Shown here piece by piece: positions 1 to 8,936 of a stretch of DNA of 64,000 nt. The notes under the pieces were generated by a model, which ran no database searches, had not been told where the DNA came from, and saw only the letters and a program-made list of their open reading frames with translations. The stretch's first letter is position 1. The number at the start of each line of letters is the position of its first letter. The position numbers were made by a program, and so were the translations under genes. Source of the DNA: an uncultured Vicinamibacteraceae bacterium (GTDB taxonomy: Bacteria; Acidobacteriota; Vicinamibacteria; Vicinamibacterales; UBA8438); NCBI GenBank assembly GCA_964591245.1, contig CAZPZZ010000002.1, forward strand, positions 2,896-66,895, given 5' to 3'.

Positions 1-516
1 TGCGGGGTAAGGGCGTTGTCGCACGGTCTCCCCGTCCAGCAAGAATTGTGTGTAGTGCGACGTGATGGCTGGGGTCGTACTGAACAGGCCGTGTAACACG
101 CCACCCGGACGGATGATGCGCCCTAGCGTCTCGGCCAGACTCAGACTCGACTCGTGGTCGAGATAATCAAAGAGGTCCCAGCAGAGTACGCCGTCTACCG
201 ATCCGCGTTCGTGCGTTAACTGCGCGCAGAGGTCGATCGGGGCTGCTTCCTGATCATGTTGCTCGCGATTGGCTCGAGCTTCGATCGTGGCGAAGAGGTC
301 TTCGACAACGATCTTGCAACCCAGCTGCTCGGTGAAGAGGCTGACATTGCAACCGATCGCCGGACCGAGGTCGACCAGCAGTGGATTCGCGTGAGTACCG
401 ACTATCGTGAGAAATTTTGGGAGAATGGTCGACCGCGTGACAGTCTCCGTGGGAAGGGGGGATGGACGGCCTGCCCCGTCCCTCTGGATGCCGTTCCACC
501 CGAAGATCGTAGTCAC
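1..516 (-). CDS. Class I SAM-dependent methyltransferase (partial; C-terminus runs off the left edge of the window)
   Basis: Absent from the ORF track because it is truncated. Manual minus-strand translation in the frame ending at nt 1 gives ...HANPLLVDLGPAIGCNVSLF...KIVVEDL...VDGVLCWDLFDYLDHE...LGRIIRPGGVLHGLFS... These match motif I, the post-I acidic residue, motif II and motif III of Rossmann-fold methyltransferases. The frame is closed upstream by TAA at 562-564. The only start-like codon is GTG at 514-516, so the start is tentative. Confidence 0.6.
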   Translation of the reverse strand, partial: MTTIFGWNGIQRDGAGRPSPLPTETVTRSTILPKFLTIVGTHANPLLVDLGPAIGCNVSLFTEQLGCKIVVEDLFATIEARANREQHDQEAAPIDLCAQLTHERGSVDGVLCWDLFDYLDHESSLSLAETLGRIIRPGGVLHGLFSTTPAITSHYTQFLLDGETVRQRPYPA

Positions 517-561
517 CTGGAGTTCATCCGTCGGTCGTATGCCGGACGGGTGTGTCGGGCG

Positions 562-2955
562 TTAGGGACGAAAGGCTGTGCCAGGCGCCGTGCCGGCAAT
601 GAAGACCTCTCGGATCGCACCGGGGGTCCGGGAGGCTGTGACCTGACCCGTGCTGGGGTTCACCATGCTGAACACGACATTGTCAGGTTGCGCGAACGCG
701 GGGGCTTCTTCGCGACCATTGATGTGGGCACGCATGAAATCGATCCAGATTGGTAGAGCAACGCGTGCCCCCTCTTCGGCGTAGCCGAGCGTGACTTTTT
801 CGTCGTAGCCGACCCAGACCCCGACCGTGATATCCGGATCAAAGCCGACGAACCACGCGTCGGTGTAGTCGTCCATCGTGCCAGTCTTGCCAGCGAGCGG
901 CCAACCCAGTCGGCTGGCTCTGATTCCGGTACCCCGCTGAACGACTCCCTCCATCAAGCTGACGATCACATATGCCGTATCCGGCCGAAGAGCGTTCTGC
1001 GGTTCCGAGTGCCCCTCCTCAAGCGCGTTTCCCTGTCGGTCGAGGATCCGGTCGATCTGATACGGTGTCATGCGCACCCCGCGGTTGGGAAATACAGAGT
1101 AGGCGCTCGTGACCTCAAGGAGCGTTGATTCGGCCGAGCCCAGAGCCACTGACAGAAATGGGGGGATCGGTGAAGTGAATCCGAGGCGGCGGGCGAAGTC
1201 GACGACCGTCTGGGGGCCGACTTCGTTCATCATCCAGACGGCAGGAACGTTCCGGGATTTTTCCAGAGCGCGCCGCAGGGTGATCGGGCCTTCGTACGTA
1301 TGGTCGTAGTTCGTCGGTTGATAGGGGTCCTGCAGCGGCCCGACGTCGTAGCTAATCGGCGAATCCTGGACGAGCGACGTTGTGGTATAGCCTTGATCGA
1401 TAGCGGCCGCGTAGAGGACACCCTTGAAAAGGGAACCAAGTTGGCGCTGGGCCTGGGTGGACCGATTGAACTTACTCCGATCGAAGCTGTATCCCCCGAC
1501 CATGGACAGGATACGTCCCGTACGGTTCTCGATGGCGACGAGCGCGCCTTCTGCCAGCGGTTCTTGTTCGAGATCTGCCTCGACGACGGGGGAGGTCAGT
1601 GGTTTGCCGACCTCATCCTTTCTGTCGAGTCTCGTAATCTTGATCTCGATCAGATCACCCGGACGGACGAGGTCGTTCGCTGCCGTATTACCGATCCCGC
1701 GGAATCCCTCGGTTTCGCCTGAGGGCAGTAAGCGCAGACCTTTTGGCTCGACTTGGGCAGTGTGTGAGCCGAATCGCACCTGCATCGCTTCTGCGTCGAC
1801 CGCAGTCACGACGGCCGGGACGATGTCGCCGACTTCCATGGTCATGACCCAGCGACTGTGTCCGTATGCAGCGAGTATTTCGGCTGGGCTCCGGGTGTCA
1901 CTTTCGTCGGTGGCCGCCTCTGCAAGCAGGTTTCGGGCTGGAGTCCTGAATCCCTGTCGCTTGTCATGAGCTCGGAGACCGGCTTGTACCGCACGATTCG
2001 CGGCTTCCTGGAGACGCGCGTCCAGTGTGGTGTGGACCGTTAACCCTTCTTCATAGAGTCGCGCCACACCGTACTCTTGCTCAAGGTGCTGACGGATTTC
2101 CTCGATGAAATAGGGAGCGACGGAGTTGCTTCGTGCCCTCCGCTCAGCGACGACGATGGGTTCCACCTTGACGGTATCGGCTTCGGCCTGGGTGATGAAC
2201 TCTTCGTCCACCATGCGCTGGAGGGCGTAGTCTCGTCGGTTCCGAGCCAGTTCCATGTTGACCAGCGGGCTCAGGCGCGCCGGCCCCTGGATGATGCCGG
2301 CGATCGTGGCAGCCTCGCCCAGAGTGAGGTCACGGGCCGATTTGCCGAAATACAGTCGTGAGGCGGCCTCGACACCGTAGGCGCTGTAGTTTACGGTGCC
2401 GAGCCACATCTGATTGGCGTAGAGCGTAAGAATCTCGCGCTTGGTGTAGCGTTTCTCGATGTGGAAGGCGTAGTAGATTTCGCGCAGTTTCCGTTGCCAG
2501 GTCTTTTCGAGCCCAAGGCTCTCGCCTCGCAGTGTGACGTTGCGGGCGAGTTGCATCGTGATAGTACTGGCGCCGGCGGCGGTCAAGTCCCCCTGTCTGA
2601 TGTTGGACAGGATCGTCATGACGGCGCGGGGGATGTTGAATCCGACGTGGCCGAAGAAATCACCGTCTTCGGCGGAAATGATGGCGTTCCGCAGAACGTC
2701 GGGAATTTCATCGTAGGTCAGAATCAGTCTGCGCTGCGTTGCGTACTCGCCGATCAACTCGCCGCCACGCGCGTGGATCCGGGTAATCGTGCCAGGAGCG
2801 TAGTCGTCGAGGTCCGAAATGATCGGCAGATCCGGGGCGTAGGCGAGCAGTGCACCGGTCACAAGGCCAAAGCCAGCGGTTGAGGCCAGGATGCCGATGA
2901 TCACGGCTTGCCGGATGAATGGATTTCTGGGCCGAGGAGCGCTAGAGTCTGCCAT
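562..2955 (-). CDS. mrcA: Class A penicillin-binding protein (PBP1A-type bifunctional glycosyltransferase/transpeptidase)
   Basis: GT51 motifs are present: EDGDFFGHVGF, GASTITMQLARN and REILTLYANQ. Transpeptidase motifs are present: SLFK (SxxK), SRN and KTGT. Start placed at ATG 2955 (MADSSAPRPRNPFIRQAVIIGILAS..., basic stretch then TM anchor). The 90-aa in-frame extension up to 3225 is Pro/Arg-rich and looks non-coding. Confidence 0.9.
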   Translation of the reverse strand: MADSSAPRPRNPFIRQAVIIGILASTAGFGLVTGALLAYAPDLPIISDLDDYAPGTITRIHARGGELIGEYATQRRLILTYDEIPDVLRNAIISAEDGDFFGHVGFNIPRAVMTILSNIRQGDLTAAGASTITMQLARNVTLRGESLGLEKTWQRKLREIYYAFHIEKRYTKREILTLYANQMWLGTVNYSAYGVEAASRLYFGKSARDLTLGEAATIAGIIQGPARLSPLVNMELARNRRDYALQRMVDEEFITQAEADTVKVEPIVVAERRARSNSVAPYFIEEIRQHLEQEYGVARLYEEGLTVHTTLDARLQEAANRAVQAGLRAHDKRQGFRTPARNLLAEAATDESDTRSPAEILAAYGHSRWVMTMEVGDIVPAVVTAVDAEAMQVRFGSHTAQVEPKGLRLLPSGETEGFRGIGNTAANDLVRPGDLIEIKITRLDRKDEVGKPLTSPVVEADLEQEPLAEGALVAIENRTGRILSMVGGYSFDRSKFNRSTQAQRQLGSLFKGVLYAAAIDQGYTTTSLVQDSPISYDVGPLQDPYQPTNYDHTYEGPITLRRALEKSRNVPAVWMMNEVGPQTVVDFARRLGFTSPIPPFLSVALGSAESTLLEVTSAYSVFPNRGVRMTPYQIDRILDRQGNALEEGHSEPQNALRPDTAYVIVSLMEGVVQRGTGIRASRLGWPLAGKTGTMDDYTDAWFVGFDPDITVGVWVGYDEKVTLGYAEEGARVALPIWIDFMRAHINGREEAPAFAQPDNVVFSMVNPSTGQVTASRTPGAIREVFIAGTAPGTAFRP

Positions 2956-3363
2956 CACGCCAAGTTTACACGCTCTGGACGGTTGTGAGGACGACCTTTC
3001 GCCGTTTCCGCCGGGTTGCCGTCGCGGTTGCGGTGGAGGTCGGACGGCGTGGGGAGCGGTACATGGGAGAGCCCGGTCTGTCGTGGAAATATCGATGGCA
3101 CTCGGGTGACAGAATTGCCTGCCTTGACCACGAAGCAGTGTTCGGCCATCCTGACCTGCGTTCAACCGAGGCACCGGCGGCCGATAGGGCTGGTCGTGAT
3201 TGCACGTTCGCCCAGGCGATCTCATCGACGTGTGACGAAGAGAGCGACCAGGGTCGTGGAGCGCTAACGTTCACTTCGTATCTTTGTACTGCGGTGGAAC
3301 CTCGTTGCGTGGTCTGGCGTGTTGTTTCGCGAGGGGCTGCACCGACGGAATAAGGGAGAGACC

Positions 3364-3831
3364 ATGTTACGTATTTTCAGTGTCACGCTCGTTGTCCTAC
3401 TTGGTGCGGGCCCGGTGCTTGCGCAGGCGCCTTCGGCTACGGTGGCGGACCTTGCCTGGATGACGGGGCATTATGCGAACGATACGCTCGAAGAGAATTG
3501 GGCTCACCCGAAGGGGGGTTCTCTCGCTTCGCTTGTCAGGGGCATCGGCGACGGGGCTACCAACATGATCGAGCTCATTGTCGTCGAGGAAGAGGGAAAT
3601 TCCCTGACCTTGCGCCTGAAGCAATGGAACCCGGGGATGGAACCTCGCGCAGAGGGCTTTCAGGTGATGCGACTGGCGGAGATCGGCGACAGGAGGGTGG
3701 CCTTCAGGAATTCTGGCGAGGGTGGCATTCAACACTTGGCCTACAGTCTGGATGGCGACACTTTCACGATTTCCGTGACGACGGCCCGCGGTTCGTTCGA
3801 TATCCCGCTCACGAAGCAGGGGGGGCATTAG
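3364..3831 (+). CDS. Exported hypothetical protein (resembles the DUF6265 family)
   Basis: ATG at 3364 gives a signal peptide, MLRIFSVTLVVLLGAGPVLAQAPS. The mature part (DLAWMTGHY...LEENWAHPKGGSL...IELIVVEEEGNSLTLRLKQW) fits my memory of DUF6265. Family assignment is from memory only. Confidence 0.55.
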   Translation: MLRIFSVTLVVLLGAGPVLAQAPSATVADLAWMTGHYANDTLEENWAHPKGGSLASLVRGIGDGATNMIELIVVEEEGNSLTLRLKQWNPGMEPRAEGFQVMRLAEIGDRRVAFRNSGEGGIQHLAYSLDGDTFTISVTTARGSFDIPLTKQGGH

Positions 3832-3911
3832 CCATCTCGAAGGGACGTATCATTCTGGGGTTCGTGGACGCGGTGGTGCCAGGCAGCGCTAAGTGGTTTG
3901 TTCCGTTTTTG

Positions 3912-4457
3912 TTACCACCAGCTCGTGTCTGGTGTGCCTTTGACGGGGCCGACGATGTCGGGGGTAAGCCAGCCGCCGTAGAAGCTTCCTGGTTGGCGAC
4001 GTACCTGCTCACCGCCGACGGTGCAGTGTAACTGTCCAGGATAGAAACTCACGTGCTCTCGGAGTTCGCGAAATGCAGGATATGGGTCTGGATACATCCA
4101 CGCAGCGTGAGCCATAACACTGTGGGTGGTGCGCACAGACCAATAGCGAGCGTTTCCTTTCCACTCGCACGTGGATGATCCCGAGCCTGGAATGAGTGCG
4201 CCGCGCGTGACGTCGGTCAGGGGGAGGTAGAACGTCGGGGGGCTGGCCGTCTCCAGAACCCGGACAGCCCTGGTGGTTCTGGCGATTTCCGTGCCCTGAG
4301 CGCTGACGATGATCTCGCGCGTATCCGCTTCGATGCGTGGTGGCCGGGGATAGTCCCACACTGATTCTTGGCCAGGGCCGGGGGGAATGGCGAACGCCGG
4401 TCGTTCCTGCCCGTAGTATCGCCATCCGAATGGCGTCGGTGTCTTGCTCGTTGGCAT
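3912..4457 (-). CDS. DUF427 domain-containing protein
   Basis: Family-typical segments: ESVWDYPRPPRIE, RVLETASPPTFYLP, STCEWKGNARYW and AAWMYPDPYPAF. It is a full-length ORF in the track. Confidence 0.75.
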   Translation of the reverse strand: MPTSKTPTPFGWRYYGQERPAFAIPPGPGQESVWDYPRPPRIEADTREIIVSAQGTEIARTTRAVRVLETASPPTFYLPLTDVTRGALIPGSGSSTCEWKGNARYWSVRTTHSVMAHAAWMYPDPYPAFRELREHVSFYPGQLHCTVGGEQVRRQPGSFYGGWLTPDIVGPVKGTPDTSWW

Positions 4458-4507
4458 GATCGTTGTCAGCTAGTATACGGACTCGCAGCATGCACACGAC
4501 TTGGTAG

Positions 4508-6481
4508 GTGATGATGTCAGACCGGCGGGACCACAAGCTTGGTATGGATCAGGGGATTACTCGACGCGACTTCCTCAATGGAGTGGCCGTGCCGATCGGT
4601 GCCTCATTAGCGAGACCGGCATCGGTGCGCGGTGGGCGACAGGCTTCGGAGGCCGAAGCGTCGAATGCGATGTATCCACCGACCGCGACCGGCATGCGGG
4701 GCAGCCACGACGGCTCGTGGGAAGTCGCTCATCAGATGCGCGATCAGCGAGGTTGGGATCTGTCGGGTGCGGTCGACGTGGGCGAGCATTATGACCTGGT
4801 AGTTGTAGGGGGAGGGATCAGCGGTCTCGCCGCGGCGCATTTTTTCATCACGCAGGCTGGCCGAGATGTACGGGTACTCGTCCTGGACAACCACGATGAC
4901 TTCGGTGGTCATGCCAAGCGGAACGAGTTCCACTACGGCGGGCGGATGTTGGCCTTGAACGGCGGTACGTTGAATATCGAGTCTCCGGAGCGCTACAACG
5001 CCCCCTCACGGAATCTGCTTGAGGCGATTGGGGTTGATCTGGAGCGGTTTAAAACAAACAACGCCGAGCTGGGGCAGCTGTATCGGCGTCTGGGGCTGGG
5101 ACGGGCTCATTTTTTCGACCGGGAGACCTGGGGAACCGACCGACTGGTCAAGCATGAGGAGAGGGGTGGCTACACGGCGGACTTTGTAGCCAAGACACCT
5201 CTCTCAGGTGTTGCGCAGCGTGACCTCCTGAGGCTGTATGACGGCGTGCTTCCAGACTACTTTCCCGGTCTCTCGTCTGCTGATAAGAAACTGCGACTGG
5301 CGAAGATGAGCTACACGGACTTCATGCTCAACATCGTGAAGGTCGACTCCCAGGTAATGTGGTTTTTTCAGAACACCGGGAACGGCAGCTTCTCAGTCGG
5401 TGCTGATGCGTTGCCGGCACTTTTTGCCTGGGAGATGGGATTGCCCGGCTTCAGTGGTCTCGGGTTGGAACCCACCTCGGACGGAGTGTTGGCCGATTTG
5501 CCAGGCGGGCACCACGGTCGCCAGCGGCCAGGACGGGAGGCGGTACATTTTCCGGACGGGAACGCGACCATTACCCGTTTACTGGTTCGCTGGCTTTTGC
5601 CTGATGCGGTACCCGGCACCTCCCAGGAAGATGTTGGTGCGGCACGGGTCGATTACAGCCAGCTCGACAGACCGGCGCACCGTACACGCATTCGTCTGAA
5701 CAGTACGGTCGTGCATGTCCGACATCGCGGGGCAGGATCGGGGCGCGACGTTGAGGTGCACTACGTTCAGAATGGGCGGACCTACGCCGTCACGGGGCGG
5801 GCCTGTGTGATGGCGTGTTGGAATACGGTAATTCCATATCTTGTTCCGGAACTTCCGAGGCAACAGAAAGAGGCCCTGGCCTTCGGCGTCAAGGCGCCGC
5901 TCGTCTACACGAGCGTGGCGGTTCGTAATTGGACGGCCTTTGAGCGTTTGGGAGTGAGCCGCGTCAGCACGCCGACGATGTATCACACGCGGGTGGCGCT
6001 GGACGAGGCAGTGAGCCTGGGGGCACTACGGCACGCCGAATCTCCTGATGAGCCCGTCGTGCTGAGCCTCGCCCGATACCCACAGGCACCTGGAAAGCCG
6101 CGCAAGGAGCAGCACCGGCTGGGACGCCAGGAATTACTTGCGACATCGTTCGACACCTTCGAGCGCAGTTTGCGCGATCAGCTGGGCCGTGTGTTGGGGG
6201 CTGGTGGTTTCGACCCGGCGCGAGACATTGTGGCCATCTCCGTAAATCGGTGGCCTCACGGGTACGCGTATACCTACAACAGCTTGTACGATCCTCTTGA
6301 GTGGGTGTTCACGTCGACGAATTCGCGCCCCTGTGTGATTGCTCGGCAACCCCACGGACAGATCACGATCGCCAACTCGGATGCGGCAGCCAGTCCACAC
6401 ACCGATGCCGCGATTCTTGAAGCTCATCGGGCCGTGCAGGAGGTGCTCCAGCGTCGTGCGATGCCAGGAATCGCGGAATGA
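4508..6481 (+). CDS. Tat-exported FAD/NAD(P)-binding amine oxidoreductase (spermidine dehydrogenase SpdH-like)
   Basis: Twin-arginine motif GITRRDFLNG lies near the N-terminus. Dinucleotide-binding fingerprint YDLVVVGGGISGLAAAHF is present. The large 650-aa architecture is typical of this family. The start could instead be the internal ATG giving MDQGITRRDF. Confidence 0.7.
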   Translation: MMMSDRRDHKLGMDQGITRRDFLNGVAVPIGASLARPASVRGGRQASEAEASNAMYPPTATGMRGSHDGSWEVAHQMRDQRGWDLSGAVDVGEHYDLVVVGGGISGLAAAHFFITQAGRDVRVLVLDNHDDFGGHAKRNEFHYGGRMLALNGGTLNIESPERYNAPSRNLLEAIGVDLERFKTNNAELGQLYRRLGLGRAHFFDRETWGTDRLVKHEERGGYTADFVAKTPLSGVAQRDLLRLYDGVLPDYFPGLSSADKKLRLAKMSYTDFMLNIVKVDSQVMWFFQNTGNGSFSVGADALPALFAWEMGLPGFSGLGLEPTSDGVLADLPGGHHGRQRPGREAVHFPDGNATITRLLVRWLLPDAVPGTSQEDVGAARVDYSQLDRPAHRTRIRLNSTVVHVRHRGAGSGRDVEVHYVQNGRTYAVTGRACVMACWNTVIPYLVPELPRQQKEALAFGVKAPLVYTSVAVRNWTAFERLGVSRVSTPTMYHTRVALDEAVSLGALRHAESPDEPVVLSLARYPQAPGKPRKEQHRLGRQELLATSFDTFERSLRDQLGRVLGAGGFDPARDIVAISVNRWPHGYAYTYNSLYDPLEWVFTSTNSRPCVIARQPHGQITIANSDAAASPHTDAAILEAHRAVQEVLQRRAMPGIAE

Positions 6482-6936
6482 CCCATGTGACAGTCGTCTG
6501 GTACGCAATGGCGCACCGTGGTCGTCGGAAGGTATTCTGGGCTGGCGCCCTTGGGGGACAGATCGGCCGCATGAGGCCGCCTTCAGAATAGGCGCGGCAG
6601 CTACAGAGCCGCCGTTGGACCTTCAACCTCAGAACGAACGCGGTCAACTATCGCGGCAGTGGTGATCCCCGGCGCCCGGACTCGTGAGCGGCGTAGGACG
6701 TCATGCCGACAGCATGCAACCCTTTGCCAACCTCGAGGTCCGCTCCCAGCACCAGGTGCTTGCGCCCTGGGTCAAACGCAGGCGACTCTATCAAACCCTC
6801 ACGATTTGGATCGCCTGTGGCTCAGCTGCACGGGTGCATCTGGACCAACCCGGTCCGTCGGGCTCGACCGATCAGACCGTCGCCATGATCAGCGTACTAT
6901 TCTTGTCACTTCTTGACTGGTTGTTGCCGTGAAAGC

Positions 6937-7024
6937 TGGTGCGGAAGGGGGGACTTGAACCCCCATGGGACTAGGTCCCACAGGCTCCTGAGGCCTGCGC
7001 GTCTGCCAATTCCGCCACTTCCGC
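6937..7024 (-). tRNA. tRNA-Leu (anticodon CAG), encoded CCA end
   Basis: Folded by hand. The reverse complement reads GCGGAAG-TG-GCGGAATTGGCAGACGC-G-CAGGC-CUCAGGA-GCCTG-TGGGACCTAGTCCCAT-GGGGGTTCAAGTCCCCC-CTTCCGC-ACCA. It has a 7-bp acceptor stem, a 5-bp anticodon stem with loop CU-CAG-GA, a long variable arm (GGGAC/GTCCC) and a TPsiC arm (GGGGG/CCCCC with TTCAAGT). Confidence 0.9.
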
Positions 7025-7166
7025 GTTGGGGCGAACAATCGGTAGGTCGAGCGCTCAGTATACCCAAGACCATCGCCTGGACGCCAGTAAGCGAGGCCTA
7101 ACGTATACTCCGGAAAGAGAGCGGTTCATGGCTTGTGAACCCACAGGTTGTTAGAAGGAGGTCGAC

Positions 7167-8909
7167 GTGAGTGTTCAGCGCGGTGCCAAGTTCATCATCT
7201 TGTTTCTCGTGTTCGTAGTGGTGATGTCGATGACTGGCCTAGGTGCGTTGTATTTTCTGGTATCGCGCGCGCCGGCCGTCGCAACGAACTCCGTGTTGAT
7301 ACTGTCAGTACCTGGTGATGTGGCGGAGCGGCAGGCGAATCCGTTGTTCGCGTCGTACTCGGGGAACAGGCCGACGGTGCGATCGCTGATCGAGAGTCTC
7401 CGGAAGGCCAAGGTGGACGAACGGGTTCGCGGTGTCATTCTTCGTCCACGCGGTCCCCAGCTATTGTGGGGGAAGACGCAGGAGATACGCGACGCGGTGC
7501 TCGACTACCGTGAATCGGGGAAGCCCATAGTGGCCTTTCTCGAATACGGTGGAACACAGGAGTACTACCTGGCGGCGGTGGCCGACAAGGTGTATTTGGC
7601 TCCAGGGAGCCCACTGGATCTCGTGGGGGTGGCGCGGTATGAGGCGTTTCTACGTGGCGCCCTGGACAAGGTTGGCGCGTATCCGGACATGCTTCATGCC
7701 GGGGACTATAAGACAGCCGCGAATCAGTACACCGAGACAGCGATGACGCCGGAGCATCGCGAGATGGCGGAATCGTTGAATCGTGATCTCTACGAGCAAG
7801 TTGTTGAAGGCATCGCGGACAGCCGAGGTTTGAGTGCCGAGGTGGTTCGTGAGTTGGTCGACGAAGGACCGTTCCTACCTGGTGACGCTGTGGCAGCCGG
7901 ATTGGTCGATGGTTTGGCGTATTGGGATGAGTTGAGGAGAAAGGAACCATTTGACGAGGTGAACTGGCGGGAGATCACTGATCGTGACTACCGTCAGATT
8001 AGTGCGCGGTCGGTTGGGCTGAACCAGGGGCGGCGCATCGCATTGATCTATGCCGTTGGGGCAATTCGCTCGGGCAGCAGCGGGTTTGATGTCATGGGGG
8101 GGGAGGTACTCGGGTCGGACTCACTCGTGGAGGCGATTCGAACGGCGCGCGATGATGATTCGGTGCGGGCCATCATCCTACGTGTCGACAGTCCTGGCGG
8201 ATCAGCGATTGCGTCCGATGTGATCTGGCGAGAGATCACGTTGGCGCGTGAGGAGAAGCCCGTGATCGCGTCCCTGTCTGATCTGGGCGCGTCAGGGGGA
8301 TACTACATCGCGATGGGGGCCGACACTATTGTGGCGCAGCCAGCGACCTTGACGGGATCGATTGGGGTCGTCGCTGGCAAGATCGCCACCGGCGGAGCCT
8401 ACGAGAAGCTGGGTGTCACGATTGAGCCGGTCAGTGATGGGCGGTTCGCGGAGTTGTATTCACCGGCGACGCGTTTCTCCGATGACGAGCGGGCGAAGAT
8501 GCAGGAGCACATTGACGCGATCTATGAGCAATTTTTGCTCAAGGCCGCGGATGGGCGGGAGACGACGCGCGATGCGATGCATGCCGTGGCGCAGGGGCGT
8601 GTCTGGACCGGACGTCAGGCGAGAGAAAACGGATTGATCGACGAAGTGGGGGGACTTAGCCGTGCCATCGCTATCGCGAAGGAACGGGTTGGCCTCGATG
8701 AGGCTCAAGAGGTGGAATTGGTCGTTTACCCGCGCGCGAGAAGCCTGTTTGAACTGCTGGACGGGGGGTTCACCATGACCGAGGTCATGGGCAGATTCAT
8801 TGGATTCTTCCCACGGGAACCCCGTGCATTGGGCGCGGCAATGGCCCCGTGGCGGATGTTCCGGGCCGGGGAACCCTTGGCGATCATGCCAGGCGCGCTA
8901 GTGCCGTGA
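7167..8909 (+). CDS. sppA: Signal peptide peptidase SppA, 67K (two-domain) type
   Basis: GTG start at 7167 is preceded by GAAGGAGG. There is an N-terminal TM helix and two tandem ClpP/crotonase-like halves. The second half carries SDLGASGGYYIA and VVAGKI-type segments typical of S49 peptidases. Confidence 0.85.
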   Translation: MSVQRGAKFIILFLVFVVVMSMTGLGALYFLVSRAPAVATNSVLILSVPGDVAERQANPLFASYSGNRPTVRSLIESLRKAKVDERVRGVILRPRGPQLLWGKTQEIRDAVLDYRESGKPIVAFLEYGGTQEYYLAAVADKVYLAPGSPLDLVGVARYEAFLRGALDKVGAYPDMLHAGDYKTAANQYTETAMTPEHREMAESLNRDLYEQVVEGIADSRGLSAEVVRELVDEGPFLPGDAVAAGLVDGLAYWDELRRKEPFDEVNWREITDRDYRQISARSVGLNQGRRIALIYAVGAIRSGSSGFDVMGGEVLGSDSLVEAIRTARDDDSVRAIILRVDSPGGSAIASDVIWREITLAREEKPVIASLSDLGASGGYYIAMGADTIVAQPATLTGSIGVVAGKIATGGAYEKLGVTIEPVSDGRFAELYSPATRFSDDERAKMQEHIDAIYEQFLLKAADGRETTRDAMHAVAQGRVWTGRQARENGLIDEVGGLSRAIAIAKERVGLDEAQEVELVVYPRARSLFELLDGGFTMTEVMGRFIGFFPREPRALGAAMAPWRMFRAGEPLAIMPGALVP

Positions 8910-8936
8910 TTTCCGCGACGGACGACGGTCAGGCTT

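Noticed and set aside
2956-3225. A 90-aa in-frame N-terminal extension of the PBP1A ORF (track start 3225).
   Set aside because: The extension is Pro/Arg/Gln-rich and lacks PBP features. ATG 2955 gives the expected short cytoplasmic tail plus TM anchor.
4009-4536. A 175-aa reverse ORF overlapping the DUF427 gene in another frame.
   Set aside because: The DUF427 frame carries the family motifs. The alternative frame is Arg/His/Pro-rich with no features.
3364-7024. A genomic island integrated at the 3' end of tRNA-Leu, covering the DUF6265-like, DUF427 and SpdH-like genes.
   Set aside because: There is no integrase. I could find no direct repeat of the tRNA 3' end. By eye there is no obvious compositional break.
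8096-8103. A G8 homopolymer inside sppA. Similar G7 runs occur at 27727-27733 (near the end of the symporter gene) and at 57189-57195 (near the DUF3810 start).
   Set aside because: All keep the reading frame intact in housekeeping-type genes. Runs of this length are not surprising in GC-rich DNA. There is no evidence for phase variation.
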